A stretch of 64,000 bases of DNA from a virus: positions 12,812-76,811 of IMG/VR virus record IMGVR_UViG_3300023176_006361. One strand, given 5' to 3'. The notes under the pieces are model-generated. The model searched no databases. It saw nothing but the letters and a program-made list of their open reading frames with translations, and was not told the origin of the DNA. Shown here piece by piece: positions 9,781 through 20,500 of this stretch. How positions within the stretch are numbered: the first letter of the stretch is position 1; each line of letters starts with the position of its first letter. The translations under genes and the position numbers were made by a program.

Positions 9781-11621
9781 CAGGTTGTTCTTGCAGCAAA
9801 TACTACGTATCTTGATACCAAGTCAGTGTCTATTCCAAAGAATGGTTGGTTTGTTCTTCCAGCAGGAACAATTACTGTATAAACTTCAGATCCACTAACT
9901 GTAATTGTATCTCCTGGATAGATTACAGTTTCTCCAGGTTCTGCGACCAACTGAATAACAACAAAATCATCTGGAAGATAATATGGACATGGCATCATTG
10001 CAGAACAAACTGGCAAACCTTTCAGTGGTTTGTGAGAATCTGCAGCAGCACTAACAGTGAAAGTTCCACCAGCAGCACCTGAAATTGTCATAGTATCATA
10101 GTTTGAATTTCTATAATACTGTTGAATTACGTTGTTCAAAATTCCAGCTTGATTTGCATATCCATCATTCCATTTGTGACCATCAATATTGATTCTATAT
10201 TGATCAACAATTCTATCTGAAGTGTGATAATGAGTTCTATCAATAGAATGCCTTTGATATCCAAACAGACATTCTCTTGCTCTACATGCAGAGTGAAGTT
10301 TACCTACAGATGGAGCATAAGTTTGATCTCCTACACCAAAATGTGGTTTGGATGCAGAATATGAATCATATGGTTCTTGGCAATCATTTGTTACCATCAA
10401 GAACCCTTCATTTACATTGTTCCAATAACCAAATTCTCTATCAGCTTGGGTTCCATATAACGTAACACTACCTTGGAACACATGGTCAAGATCCCAAATA
10501 TTTTGCCCCCAAAGAGTCCCTTTGTTCAAAGAGAACGTTGCAAATCTTTCAATATTTCCATTAATGACTTGCTGGAATTGAAATACAGTATAATTAGTAT
10601 CTTGTGAAACAGGTGCTCTATATGTAACAATTTTTAGTGGGTAATCAGTTGGGTCAACTTCTCTAGCAAACCTGAGTTTTAGACCCATACCATCAGAGTC
10701 TGAATCATTTCCTCCAACATAAGTTGGGAAAGATGCTGCTCTTTCAGCACTATAGTGCTGATAGACTGCCTGACCATTCGTGTCATATGTCAAATGGTTA
10801 CCAAAGTTATCCATTCCTGGGTCACCAAAAAATCCACCTTGAAGACCATATCCATCCCAACCAATGTATGGAGAGTACAACTCATTGAGGTTGAAGTTTG
10901 GACCCGACTTCATTGTAATAAAAGATCCAGATGAGTGTGGGGCAGTTACTGCGAAAGAATAGTATGTAATTCCCCTTGCTTTATTTGCATCATTTGTAAC
11001 TCTACAAACTCCTGCGTATGGTTGCCCCCAGTTAACAAATGCTGAATTATGACTCAATGCAAGATCTTTGTCTGACCACCACCAGTTTGTTGCACCACCT
11101 TGAGTTGCATGAACTTTGATTGCTGGAACTGTTGCACTTCTAGTGCCAAAAGTGATGTCAGTAGCAGTTGAACCACCAATATCAGCAGCTGATAAGGTAA
11201 TTGCAGCATCATTCGCATATCCTGATCCACCATTTCTGATATAGACAAGAATTACCTTTCCTTCAATACCAGAACTATGATCTGAACCATAACGCCTTAC
11301 GGTAACAGTAGCAGCAGTTCCACCACCAGGAGCAGTTAGTTGAACATCCCACTCCGCGTAATAAGTTCCATCCGAAACACCATCGGCACTCAGATTTCTA
11401 GTTGGAGTATTTGCATTTGAGATTGGATAAATCTGTCCACCAACTTCACTCCAACCATCAGTGGGTGCGAGAAGTTTTCTCATTACTCCTGTAGTTGCAG
11501 TACCACTGTGATGACCAGCACCACCAGTACCCAAAGCAAGTTCTAGAGCATCAAGAACTTGCTCACTTGTCCATCCAGTATTGCCTGAATTTACTAAAAA
11601 TTCTGTTCTTGTTACTGCCAT
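9780..11621 (-). CDS. Virion structural protein (possible fibre tip/receptor-binding)
   Basis: 613 aa; coupled operon; NGGSGY motif; C-terminal PCPYYLPDDFVVI...GDTITVSGSEVYTVI. Confidence 0.7.
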   Translation of the reverse strand: MAVTRTEFLVNSGNTGWTSEQVLDALELALGTGGAGHHSGTATTGVMRKLLAPTDGWSEVGGQIYPISNANTPTRNLSADGVSDGTYYAEWDVQLTAPGGGTAATVTVRRYGSDHSSGIEGKVILVYIRNGGSGYANDAAITLSAADIGGSTATDITFGTRSATVPAIKVHATQGGATNWWWSDKDLALSHNSAFVNWGQPYAGVCRVTNDANKARGITYYSFAVTAPHSSGSFITMKSGPNFNLNELYSPYIGWDGYGLQGGFFGDPGMDNFGNHLTYDTNGQAVYQHYSAERAASFPTYVGGNDSDSDGMGLKLRFAREVDPTDYPLKIVTYRAPVSQDTNYTVFQFQQVINGNIERFATFSLNKGTLWGQNIWDLDHVFQGSVTLYGTQADREFGYWNNVNEGFLMVTNDCQEPYDSYSASKPHFGVGDQTYAPSVGKLHSACRARECLFGYQRHSIDRTHYHTSDRIVDQYRINIDGHKWNDGYANQAGILNNVIQQYYRNSNYDTMTISGAAGGTFTVSAAADSHKPLKGLPVCSAMMPCPYYLPDDFVVIQLVAEPGETVIYPGDTITVSGSEVYTVIVPAGRTNQPFFGIDTDLVSRYVVFAARTT

Positions 11622-11622
11622 T

Positions 11623-13935
11623 TTATGCCTCTAATTGTACTACTTTGAGAGTTACGGTAATTTGTTGTTGGGAACCACTACGATTCGTTACTGACGCATA
11701 AATGCTAGTATTGGGTGTGGCTTCATAGTTGAATCCAATAGTTCCAGGAGTAATTTGTTGAGTGCCATCGACTCTAACTTCTGCAATAACACCAGATCCT
11801 GGTGATGGGTCAGTACCTTCCCCTCTATTTAGATCATTTGCTCTAGAAGCTGCAGTCGTATATAGTCTTACCCAAGCATCTGCTGATGTTGTAATTGCCA
11901 AAAGAACATAAGACTTGAAACCTGTAAGGTTTACATTGGAATCAGTGGTGTCAGTTGCGATATTCTGGGTCTGTGCTGCAACATCAGTTCTTGCTTGCAG
12001 AGAACCTGTTCCTCCACCACCACCACCAATAACCTCTGCTGGTGCCCATTGAGAACCATTCCACTGAAGATAATGTCCAGCAGTGATTGTTTGACCACCA
12101 CCAGTTGTTCCTGCAGCAGATGAAACGTTAGCAAGATCACCAAGATTCTGAGGAACTGTTGGTTTGTTTAGAATCTGTGCAACACCAGAAGTCGCATCCC
12201 AATCACTATTGACTTGAGTTGCTGCAAGGTTGGGAAGGTTCTGGAGATTGTTGTAATCACCATACTCTGAAGGGATGGGGATATTATGGTAGGTCGTACC
12301 ATCGTTGGTAAATTCCCACCTATCACTTGTCTCATTCCATCTGACTCTAGTGTCGTTAGAAGCAGAACGTTCAACAACAACTGAAGCATTTGCAGTTGGT
12401 GCAACAGGAATCGTCAGTTCAATAGCAGTCTGTGAACCAGAACCACCAAAGTTTGTGTTGAGAGTAATCTGAGTACCACTATCAATACTTGCAACAGTTG
12501 CTGCTCCAAGTGTCAGTGTTCCTGCATTACCAGTAATCGTTACCGATGCACCTTGCGTTATTCCTGAAGTTGATGCAAGGTTAGTGACAACTGCAGAGTT
12601 TGCAGAGGCATCACCAGTGAATACGCCAAGATTGTCATTCAGAACAACTTCATTGTTAGTGACATTCAGAGTCGCAACATTATTAGTTGTTGTGGTTCCA
12701 GTAACATTCAGGTTACCAGAAACTGTAACATCAGTGAACGTTGGTGATGAATTTGCAGTAACAAGATCAGTTGGTTTGTTTTTGATGTATGCAACACTTG
12801 TTGTCGATGTTTGAGTCCAGTCTGCTTGAACTTGAGCAAATGGTTGACCACCAAGATCGTTATAGTTCAGTTGGGAGTTTACCCAATTAGATCCGTTATA
12901 TCTAAGAACCTGTGCAGTAGCAGGAGTGTTTACAACAACATCAGACAGACCATCCAGATCGGATGCTCCACCAGTGCCACCACCAACAATACCGCCAACA
13001 GCACCACCACTCAGGTTAGAGAAAACACCAACCTTGAGTTCTTTACCAGATGCAATGTTGAACGCTTGTCCAGATCCTACGTTGATGTTATCGCAGAAGG
13101 TATAAGCATAATCTGTAGATGGATTTACAGTAACTGAAGAAGTTGTATTCAGATCAGGAGCAAATCTAATCTCTGGTGTATTTGCATCAAGAGGAATATC
13201 GCCAACATTGAGTGATGCACCACCAGTTGCAACAGAACTCCAACCAGAACCATTATGAGTTCTGAGTTCATTCAGAGCATCATCATAATAGATATCTCCT
13301 TCACCAAGACCTGCTGCGTTTGCTGCAATCTCGTCAGCATATCTGACATATAATTTTTTTGAAGTTACCGAATCATCAGCAATCTTTGCTGTGGTAATAT
13401 TTGCATCTTTGATGTGATCAGTGGTGATTGCTCTCAGAGCATCAGAAGTTGTGCTATTACCAATCTTAGATGAAACGACCGCACCATCTCTGATGTGATT
13501 GTTGGTAACTGCTCTAAGGCTATCTGATGTACCACTAGAAGATAATTTAGCACTTGTAACAGAACTGTTCTGAAGTGCTGCAGTATCTACTTTATTGGCA
13601 AGATCTGCTGTCTCTAAGTTGATATTACCTGTTCTTCCTTCAAAAGTTTGAACGCCTGAAGGTGCAACTGATACAATATCAACACTTTTCTGAAGATAGC
13701 GAACAAGAATCGCATCTCCCTGAGCGGGTGTTGATGTAAAAGTAATTTCGTTTTTTAGTGTGCCACCAATTTCATATTCTTCAGTGTTCTTCAGAACACC
13801 ATTGATGAACACAAGCAATTCCGTATCCTCGTTTACGGATTTTGAAAGTGTTTCTGTGGCGTTACCAGAAGCAGTGATCGACTGTTCAGCAAGATCAACT
13901 GTACTATTTTCTACTCCGTAACCGATATATGGCAT
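11623..13935 (-). CDS. Tail fibre-like protein
   Basis: 770 aa; MPYIG N-terminal domain, 10-aa VTxAKI repeats, LDGLSDV..QVLRYNGSNW and QADW..IKNKP fibre motifs, GNLNVTGTTT. Confidence 0.75.
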   Translation of the reverse strand: MPYIGYGVENSTVDLAEQSITASGNATETLSKSVNEDTELLVFINGVLKNTEEYEIGGTLKNEITFTSTPAQGDAILVRYLQKSVDIVSVAPSGVQTFEGRTGNINLETADLANKVDTAALQNSSVTSAKLSSSGTSDSLRAVTNNHIRDGAVVSSKIGNSTTSDALRAITTDHIKDANITTAKIADDSVTSKKLYVRYADEIAANAAGLGEGDIYYDDALNELRTHNGSGWSSVATGGASLNVGDIPLDANTPEIRFAPDLNTTSSVTVNPSTDYAYTFCDNINVGSGQAFNIASGKELKVGVFSNLSGGAVGGIVGGGTGGASDLDGLSDVVVNTPATAQVLRYNGSNWVNSQLNYNDLGGQPFAQVQADWTQTSTTSVAYIKNKPTDLVTANSSPTFTDVTVSGNLNVTGTTTTNNVATLNVTNNEVVLNDNLGVFTGDASANSAVVTNLASTSGITQGASVTITGNAGTLTLGAATVASIDSGTQITLNTNFGGSGSQTAIELTIPVAPTANASVVVERSASNDTRVRWNETSDRWEFTNDGTTYHNIPIPSEYGDYNNLQNLPNLAATQVNSDWDATSGVAQILNKPTVPQNLGDLANVSSAAGTTGGGQTITAGHYLQWNGSQWAPAEVIGGGGGGTGSLQARTDVAAQTQNIATDTTDSNVNLTGFKSYVLLAITTSADAWVRLYTTAASRANDLNRGEGTDPSPGSGVIAEVRVDGTQQITPGTIGFNYEATPNTSIYASVTNRSGSQQQITVTLKVVQLEA

Positions 13936-13936
13936 T

Positions 13937-14332
13937 TTATGCGATCTCCATGTAACTTACAATGACATCCAGTGATGCTGCAGCACTTGACTGTGCTTGT
14001 AATTTATCGCCTGCGCCACTAGCGACATTATATGCCATTACGATTTTATTACCAGCCATGATCTCAATAGAAGATCCTGCAGGAATTGGGATATTTCTAC
14101 ATAACCAAATATCTTCTGTCGCAACTGGATTTTGTCCTGCTACAGTCAAACTAACTGCAGGACGATCGATCTTGACGGAAGCATTGACGGCACTGGTTGT
14201 AACATTACACAAGGTAATACCAACAACAACAGTTTGCTTATCAGTCTGTCCAGTTCCTAATTCTTGGGTATAAACATCAGTAAGACCAAGACCTACTGCT
14301 GCTTTAGATGCTGATCTAAATTTACTTGCCAT
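13937..14332 (-). CDS. Small fibre-associated adaptor protein
   Basis: 131 aa; MASKF...GITLCNVT...IPAGSSIEI...GDKLQ...LDVIVSYMEI, a common phage fibre-cluster family; follows a protein ending in IALG. Confidence 0.7.
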   Translation of the reverse strand: MASKFRSASKAAVGLGLTDVYTQELGTGQTDKQTVVVGITLCNVTTSAVNASVKIDRPAVSLTVAGQNPVATEDIWLCRNIPIPAGSSIEIMAGNKIVMAYNVASGAGDKLQAQSSAAASLDVIVSYMEIA

Positions 14333-14339
14333 TTTTTTA

Positions 14340-14588
14340 TTATCCTAATGCAATTGTGAGTGCGATTACTTCGTCTTCTGAAACACCAGCAGTAAAGGAA
14401 TTCACAGCGTCGGTCAAATTAGTGAAGTTGCCTTGAAGTTGACCAATGTCGCCAACGTTCTCAGAGATCTGGTTGATCTTTCTTCTTTGACCTTCAAAAG
14501 TATCAGTAGTAAGAACTACTGGTTTTGTAGAAGTATGTGGTGAAGTGGGAGTAGAAAATATTGCTACTCCCCAAGATGATTGTGCCAT
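14340..14588 (-). CDS. Short fibre-anchor/coiled-coil protein ending IALTIALG
   Basis: 82 aa; TDTFEGQRRKINQI motif typical of cyanophage fibre N-termini; its N-terminus resembles the missing last strand of the upstream FN3-like module. Confidence 0.7.
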   Translation of the reverse strand: MAQSSWGVAIFSTPTSPHTSTKPVVLTTDTFEGQRRKINQISENVGDIGQLQGNFTNLTDAVNSFTAGVSEDEVIALTIALG

Positions 14589-14589
14589 T

Positions 14590-17500
14590 TTAGGTTACGT
14601 TGATTCTTGCCCTTACATAATAATTGGTTGACGATTCCAGGACGACATTAGAAGGTACTTCCAGTTCCAATAAATTCTCGGTATCTGTAAGTGACTCATA
14701 AATGACATTGCTAAATGAAGCATCGTCAGCAATCTGCCAATCAGTTGAAGTATGTGAATAGTTAGCAGTGTCATAGCTAACATTATTTAGGTTGATGGTT
14801 GGTCTCAGACTTGTTTCAATTGGTAGATTGAATACTGGTTGATCAACAACGTTTGTTGTAAATGCTACTGGAGAACTCCATGCACTATCAAAACCAGCAC
14901 TATCTCTATATCTAACTTCTACTGTATAAGTAGTGTTCCAATCAAGAACAGGAGCCAAGAATTCAATTTTTTGTCCACTATCTCCAGCAGGATCAAAGTC
15001 TACAGCAGTTGTATAAACAATCTGTCCATCACTCACTCTAGTAATTCTCCAGAATGAATATTCGTGACCATTACCAAGATAACTGATGAAGAGGCTAGAT
15101 TGAATTCTAGGTTGTCTTACAAAAGTTTTGGTGGTTATGGCATCTACAAATCCTGCAGGGTTGATAGTAGGATTTGCAATAAACTGAAGTGTCAGGATTG
15201 CTGCGTTTGAATATGCAACTGCAGCACCTTCAGACTGAGCACTTAGACGATAATAATAACCATTGTTTGTAGAGTCTCCAGTAACTGATAAATTATTTGA
15301 AATTGATGAAGGAATATCTGTCCAAGTAGCACCTTGATTAGAACTTACCTGCCAAAGATAGTTGATCGTTCTGTTGCTGGTAACAGATGCATTTGCAGTA
15401 AACGTAACTGGAACACCAGCAGTAGTAGAAACACTCTGGGGTTGTTGTGTAAAAGTAATGACTGGAGTCAATACTGTCAGAGTCGCAACATCAGATGTTA
15501 TTGGTGAATTAGTTGCAGCAGGGTGACTAATGATGACTCTATATTGATCACCATTGTCATTCGCAGTTACTGTTGCTGGAGTTGTGTATGAATTAGTTGT
15601 TTCTCCAACAAGTGGCGTCCATGTATTGCCATTATCATCTGACTTCTCCCACTGATATGTAACTACTGATGCATCAGATGCATTAGCAGTTACCGTGAAA
15701 TTGGCCGCATCAGGTTGATATCTTGTTTGATCTTGTGGTTGAGAAACAATTGCAATGGTAGGTCTGACATTGACAGTCAGAGATGCTGCGTTAGATGTAA
15801 TATCTCCTGCAGAACCTACAAGACTTACGACAACTCTATATTGATTTCCACTTGCTGAAGTAGCTACATTAGAAATAGTATACGAGTTATTGACAGCACC
15901 AGTAATAGGTGTCCAAGTAGAACCAGAATCTGTAGATTCCTGCCATTGATAAGTTGCAGTTCCGCTTGATACTGTAGTCGCTACACTGAATGTAACATTC
16001 TGAGTATCATAAACTGTTTGATCAGTTGGTTGAGTATCGATCGCAAGAGTTCTTTGAACAGTCAGAATAACTGCATTAGCAACAACTGATCCAAGACCAG
16101 GAATGGATCCAGTTACGCGATAATAATCATCATTATCATCTGCGTATGTTGTACCTGAAACCGTCAGAGAGCTTGAAGTTTCCCCTGCAACTGCCGTCCA
16201 AGTAGATCCTTGATCATCAGATCTTTCCCATAGATATGTGATTGATAGACCACTATTTGTGGACATGGCAACAGTAAATGTTGCATCTGTACCTTCGTTT
16301 ACAGTCTGATTTGTGAGTTGAGTATCAACTGTAATCGAACCCTGAGTTACAGTCAGAATTGCAACATCAGATGTCAAAGGAGTATTGACTGCTGAAGTCG
16401 ATGAAACCTGTACTCTGTATTGATATCCAGTGTTTCCTGCTGGAGTTTGAATGCCACTCAATGAGAGAGTTGCATTTGTTTCTCCAATCATTGTGGTCCA
16501 TGTAGAACCATTGTCAGATGACTCTTCCCACTGATATTCCAGAGGAACATCATCAGTGCTTGCTGCCGTTACTGAGAATGTTGCAGTCTGACCTGAGATG
16601 ATTGAAACATCTGCTGGTTGTGATGAAATAGTCAGGAAAGATCCAACATACTGCAAAGGCATTGCGTTGGAATATGTGGTTGCTGATCCAGAATCAGTAA
16701 TCTCTAATCTAATCAGAAGATTATTAATTGCAGAAGTATCGTCTTTGATCGTCAAAGTTGTGTTGGTTTCACCAGAGAATCCAATTTCAGATGCAGCAAT
16801 ATTTGTCCAAGTTGCTCCATTATCAGAACTCTTCTGCCACTGGTATGTGTGTGGTGCAGTTCCTGGTGCTATATCATCAACAGTAATTTCTCTTGGGTTA
16901 CTTCCACCACCTTTTGCAAGGACGGTCATACCATCTACCCAAATGTCATTTACATCAAAACCACCATTTGCTGGACCATTAGGGTTATTTCCACCTGGAT
17001 CAGATGGTACAAATGCAGATCCTGGTTGATAATATGCTTGTCTCAGTGATGTACCAAAGATGTATGGATATACAGGAACATTACTTGAGTCAACAGTAAT
17101 AAAGTATGCATATGTTCCATTTGGATAATCTGGGGTTACACCATAACGTCCGTTTGAACTATCAAGTGTTCCAGATCCTGGAGAATAAGTATAGTCTTGT
17201 AGGAATGAACCTGCACTCAAAGTTACTGACTGACCACTAACAGTAATAGTATCAGTATATTTGAAACCTACAGGTCTATGGGTATCAGTATTGAGTTGAC
17301 TAAATGATGAAGTCATTCTCGTAGGAGATGACGTATTATCATTGGCGTTTGTATAACCCCATGGACCATAAATTGGGTGACCATCAAATGCCCAACCAAT
17401 GATCTTAGAGTGACCATCAGGATGACGGAAATTATCTCCATTATAATTTGTTGTTTTATAATATGAATTTCCTTGTGCTACTGCACTCCAGTCGCCACTG

Positions 17501-20500
17501 AATAAGAATGTACCGCTGTGATAATGATATTCACCATTTTGTTCTGGATGTCCACCAGCACTGTCTACACCATAATACAATTCATTGTGAACAGCATTAT
17601 ACTCAAATCCTGGTGGTGGATTGTCTTGACTTCCTGGGAGAGCACCAGGACCAGCAGATGGGTTGAATAAAACAACACCATTAGATGCGATACCAAGAGC
17701 ACCAAGAGTCCATGGTGTCAATGATGGTGAATTTGTACCACCTCTATAAACAATTGTATGATTTAGAGTTTGTGCTGAAGTAGTATTTGGATTAGCGCCG
17801 TTTGGATGTGGACCATGAGTTGCTGGATCTGGAAGTTGATCAGAAACAATCGTCATCAAATACTCTGAAGCAGAGAAGTTGCTGCTTGTCAATGACAAAC
17901 TATCATCAGCACTTACTCCATTTGGTCTAATGATATTGATTGCCGATCCAACCTGAGTTTGAAGTACCGTTAGAACTTGTGCAGTGGATGTAACTGAACT
18001 GTAGAAAGAAGTTGAGTCAGCATCAGAAGTCCCTCCAGTTGTGGTAAAGTCGTAATAGATACGTGATCTAAATGAATAACCATTCAAAGATAATGGTGGT
18101 AAAATTTCAAGTGTTCCTGTTCCAAGTCCAGATGTATACCAGGACTCAGTTCCATCAATATACGTATAACCATTTCCATCATCATATTCCCAGAGAATTA
18201 CTCCATTTGGAACTGCGGGTGTTGAAAGATTTGTATAAGTTACTGTAAAAGTATATGGCGTGCTTTGATTGACACTACCTGTAGCAGGAATATCTGTGCC
18301 GACACTATAGACTGGATCAACACTAACTACTCCACTTGTTCCTCCTTGAGTTTGTGAAACAAGCAGTTGTGGATGATCAATAAGAACAACTAATTGAGCA
18401 CCATCATCACTAGGATTGAATCCATCAATTGATGCTTCACCAACTCTTACACTGTAGAGTTGATGTCCATTAGATCCAGTTTGTCCTTGAAGTGCTTCGA
18501 TTCCATATGGACTACCAGGAAGATACGAAGGATTTGCTGGCGTTGCCCCAGGATCATAACCAAGAGAAATTATTGGGGTAGATCCATCACTGAAAGTCGC
18601 TTCAATTTCTACTCTACCTGTATTTGCTCCAGCAAAAATATTTGTCAGAGAAGCATTATCCCAATAAGTATTATGAGTAAGTGTTACTGTAGCAGTGAAG
18701 GTTCTTGCTAGAGTTCTAACATCCGCAGCATTTCCCGAATCTGCAGATACTACGCATGAGAAGAAGTAACCACTTATGTCAGTACTATCAGGAACAGTCA
18801 AAGTTGCTGTATTGACACCACTGACATTAGCAAGAACTGCTGCATCATTCCACTGTCCATTATTGACTGCTGCTTGAGTTGTAGCATACTGCCAACCATA
18901 ACTCAAAGATCCTGCATCAGAAGCAGATGCTGTAACAGCAAAAGTAGCAGTTCCACCATCTACTGGATATGATCCATCTCCAGTTGCATTAGATGGTTGA
19001 ACATCGATTGTAATTACTGCGTTATTAGTGCCTGAGAGTGTAAATGAACGATCAAGTACATTTCCAGAAACTTTTTCTCTAATACGGAATGTGTAAGTTT
19101 CATCTGATGGACCTGAAGTTGCAGTTCCTGAAAATACACCAGTTGCAGAATTAAAGGTAAATCCAGAACCAGTAATTGTATAAACACCATTACTCTCTGT
19201 AAATGCTGAGGTTGACCCAGTATCTACTAATTCAAATTCTGGTGTGATGTATTGGGAACTTACAGTTTCTCCAGCAAAAGTAGTGGTTGTTACTGATACT
19301 GTAGTTGTAAATGTAGATCCATCATTGAGAGTTATACCATCAATGTTATTTGGAGTTTCGCTCCAAGTAGTTGTCAGATCAACAAATGGGAAGAAGATGC
19401 CTTGACCGCCGTCATATGTAACTGACTGAGTTCCTGAAGAAACTGGATTATATCTTCTTTCTTCTTCTGGGTTTGCATTGAGATAAGCTGCTCCCCAACG
19501 ACGACCAGCAAGACCGAGTTCAGAGAATCCACTACCAGTTGATTGTATAACTCTTGATTTTGGAACAGGGAATTGCTTTACAGCAATACCACCACCATAT
19601 TCCTCAGTTTCTAACTGAGCCCAAATATCACCAGCGACGAATGGATTACCGTCAGGTGCATTTCCAGACCTTACAACGCTTGAGTAATTAGTAATCCAAT
19701 TATAAATTGCATCATTTGCAAAGAAAGTCCCTTCAATTTTGGTGAATCTCATTGGCCATCTTGGACGACCACCAATAATCGAGTCATCATCTGCTTTATT
19801 GAACATGCTGCCGCCACCTTGTTCGGTGCCAGTTGCAGTTGTATCAGCAGTGAATGTAATAGTTTTATTTGTAGAGTCAATTGCCGTGACTGTTCTCCAC
19901 TTAGAGCAAAAATCTGGGAGAGAAATACCACCAATTGTTGCTTCAGTAACATTTGTTGCAGAAATAAGCTCTGCTCCCATTCCTGGATGATTTTGGCAAT
20001 AGTAGTAATAACTTGCTGATGTAGCAACAGTACTAGGAACGTCTGGGTGAGTATCTCCTCTTGGATCAATAAATTCAATATAACACTCTACTCCGCCACC
20101 AACAGCAGCACTATAAGTTGCTTTATCTACTTCTCCTTGCCCAGCAACAAAATAACGAATACAATTGTTGGTGTTCAAGCTCAAACTAGTAAAATATGCA
20201 TCAAAGGAATCTCCACCAGAATGAGTTCCATCTGATGTTGGAGAAATATCTAATGGATGAGTTGCATTAGATGCATCAGTTTGAAGGAATCTATAAACTA
20301 CACCTTGTTCAATGGAAAGATTTGGTTGAGATGCAGGAGATCCAGCAGCAACACCATTTTGAATTCTATCAAATGCAAATACTCCACCAGAAACAGTTAC
20401 TTCATATTTTATGATTTCGCCAAGGTTGAAAGTATCTTTCTTTCTCTCATCGTGAAGTAGAGTTGTTGGATTTTGTGTTCCAGGATCAGTAACTCTGGGA

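Noticed and set aside
3928-14588. Diversity-generating retroelement or invertible fibre cassette
   Set aside because: No reverse transcriptase, invertase or near-identical template/variable repeat pair seen in the window.
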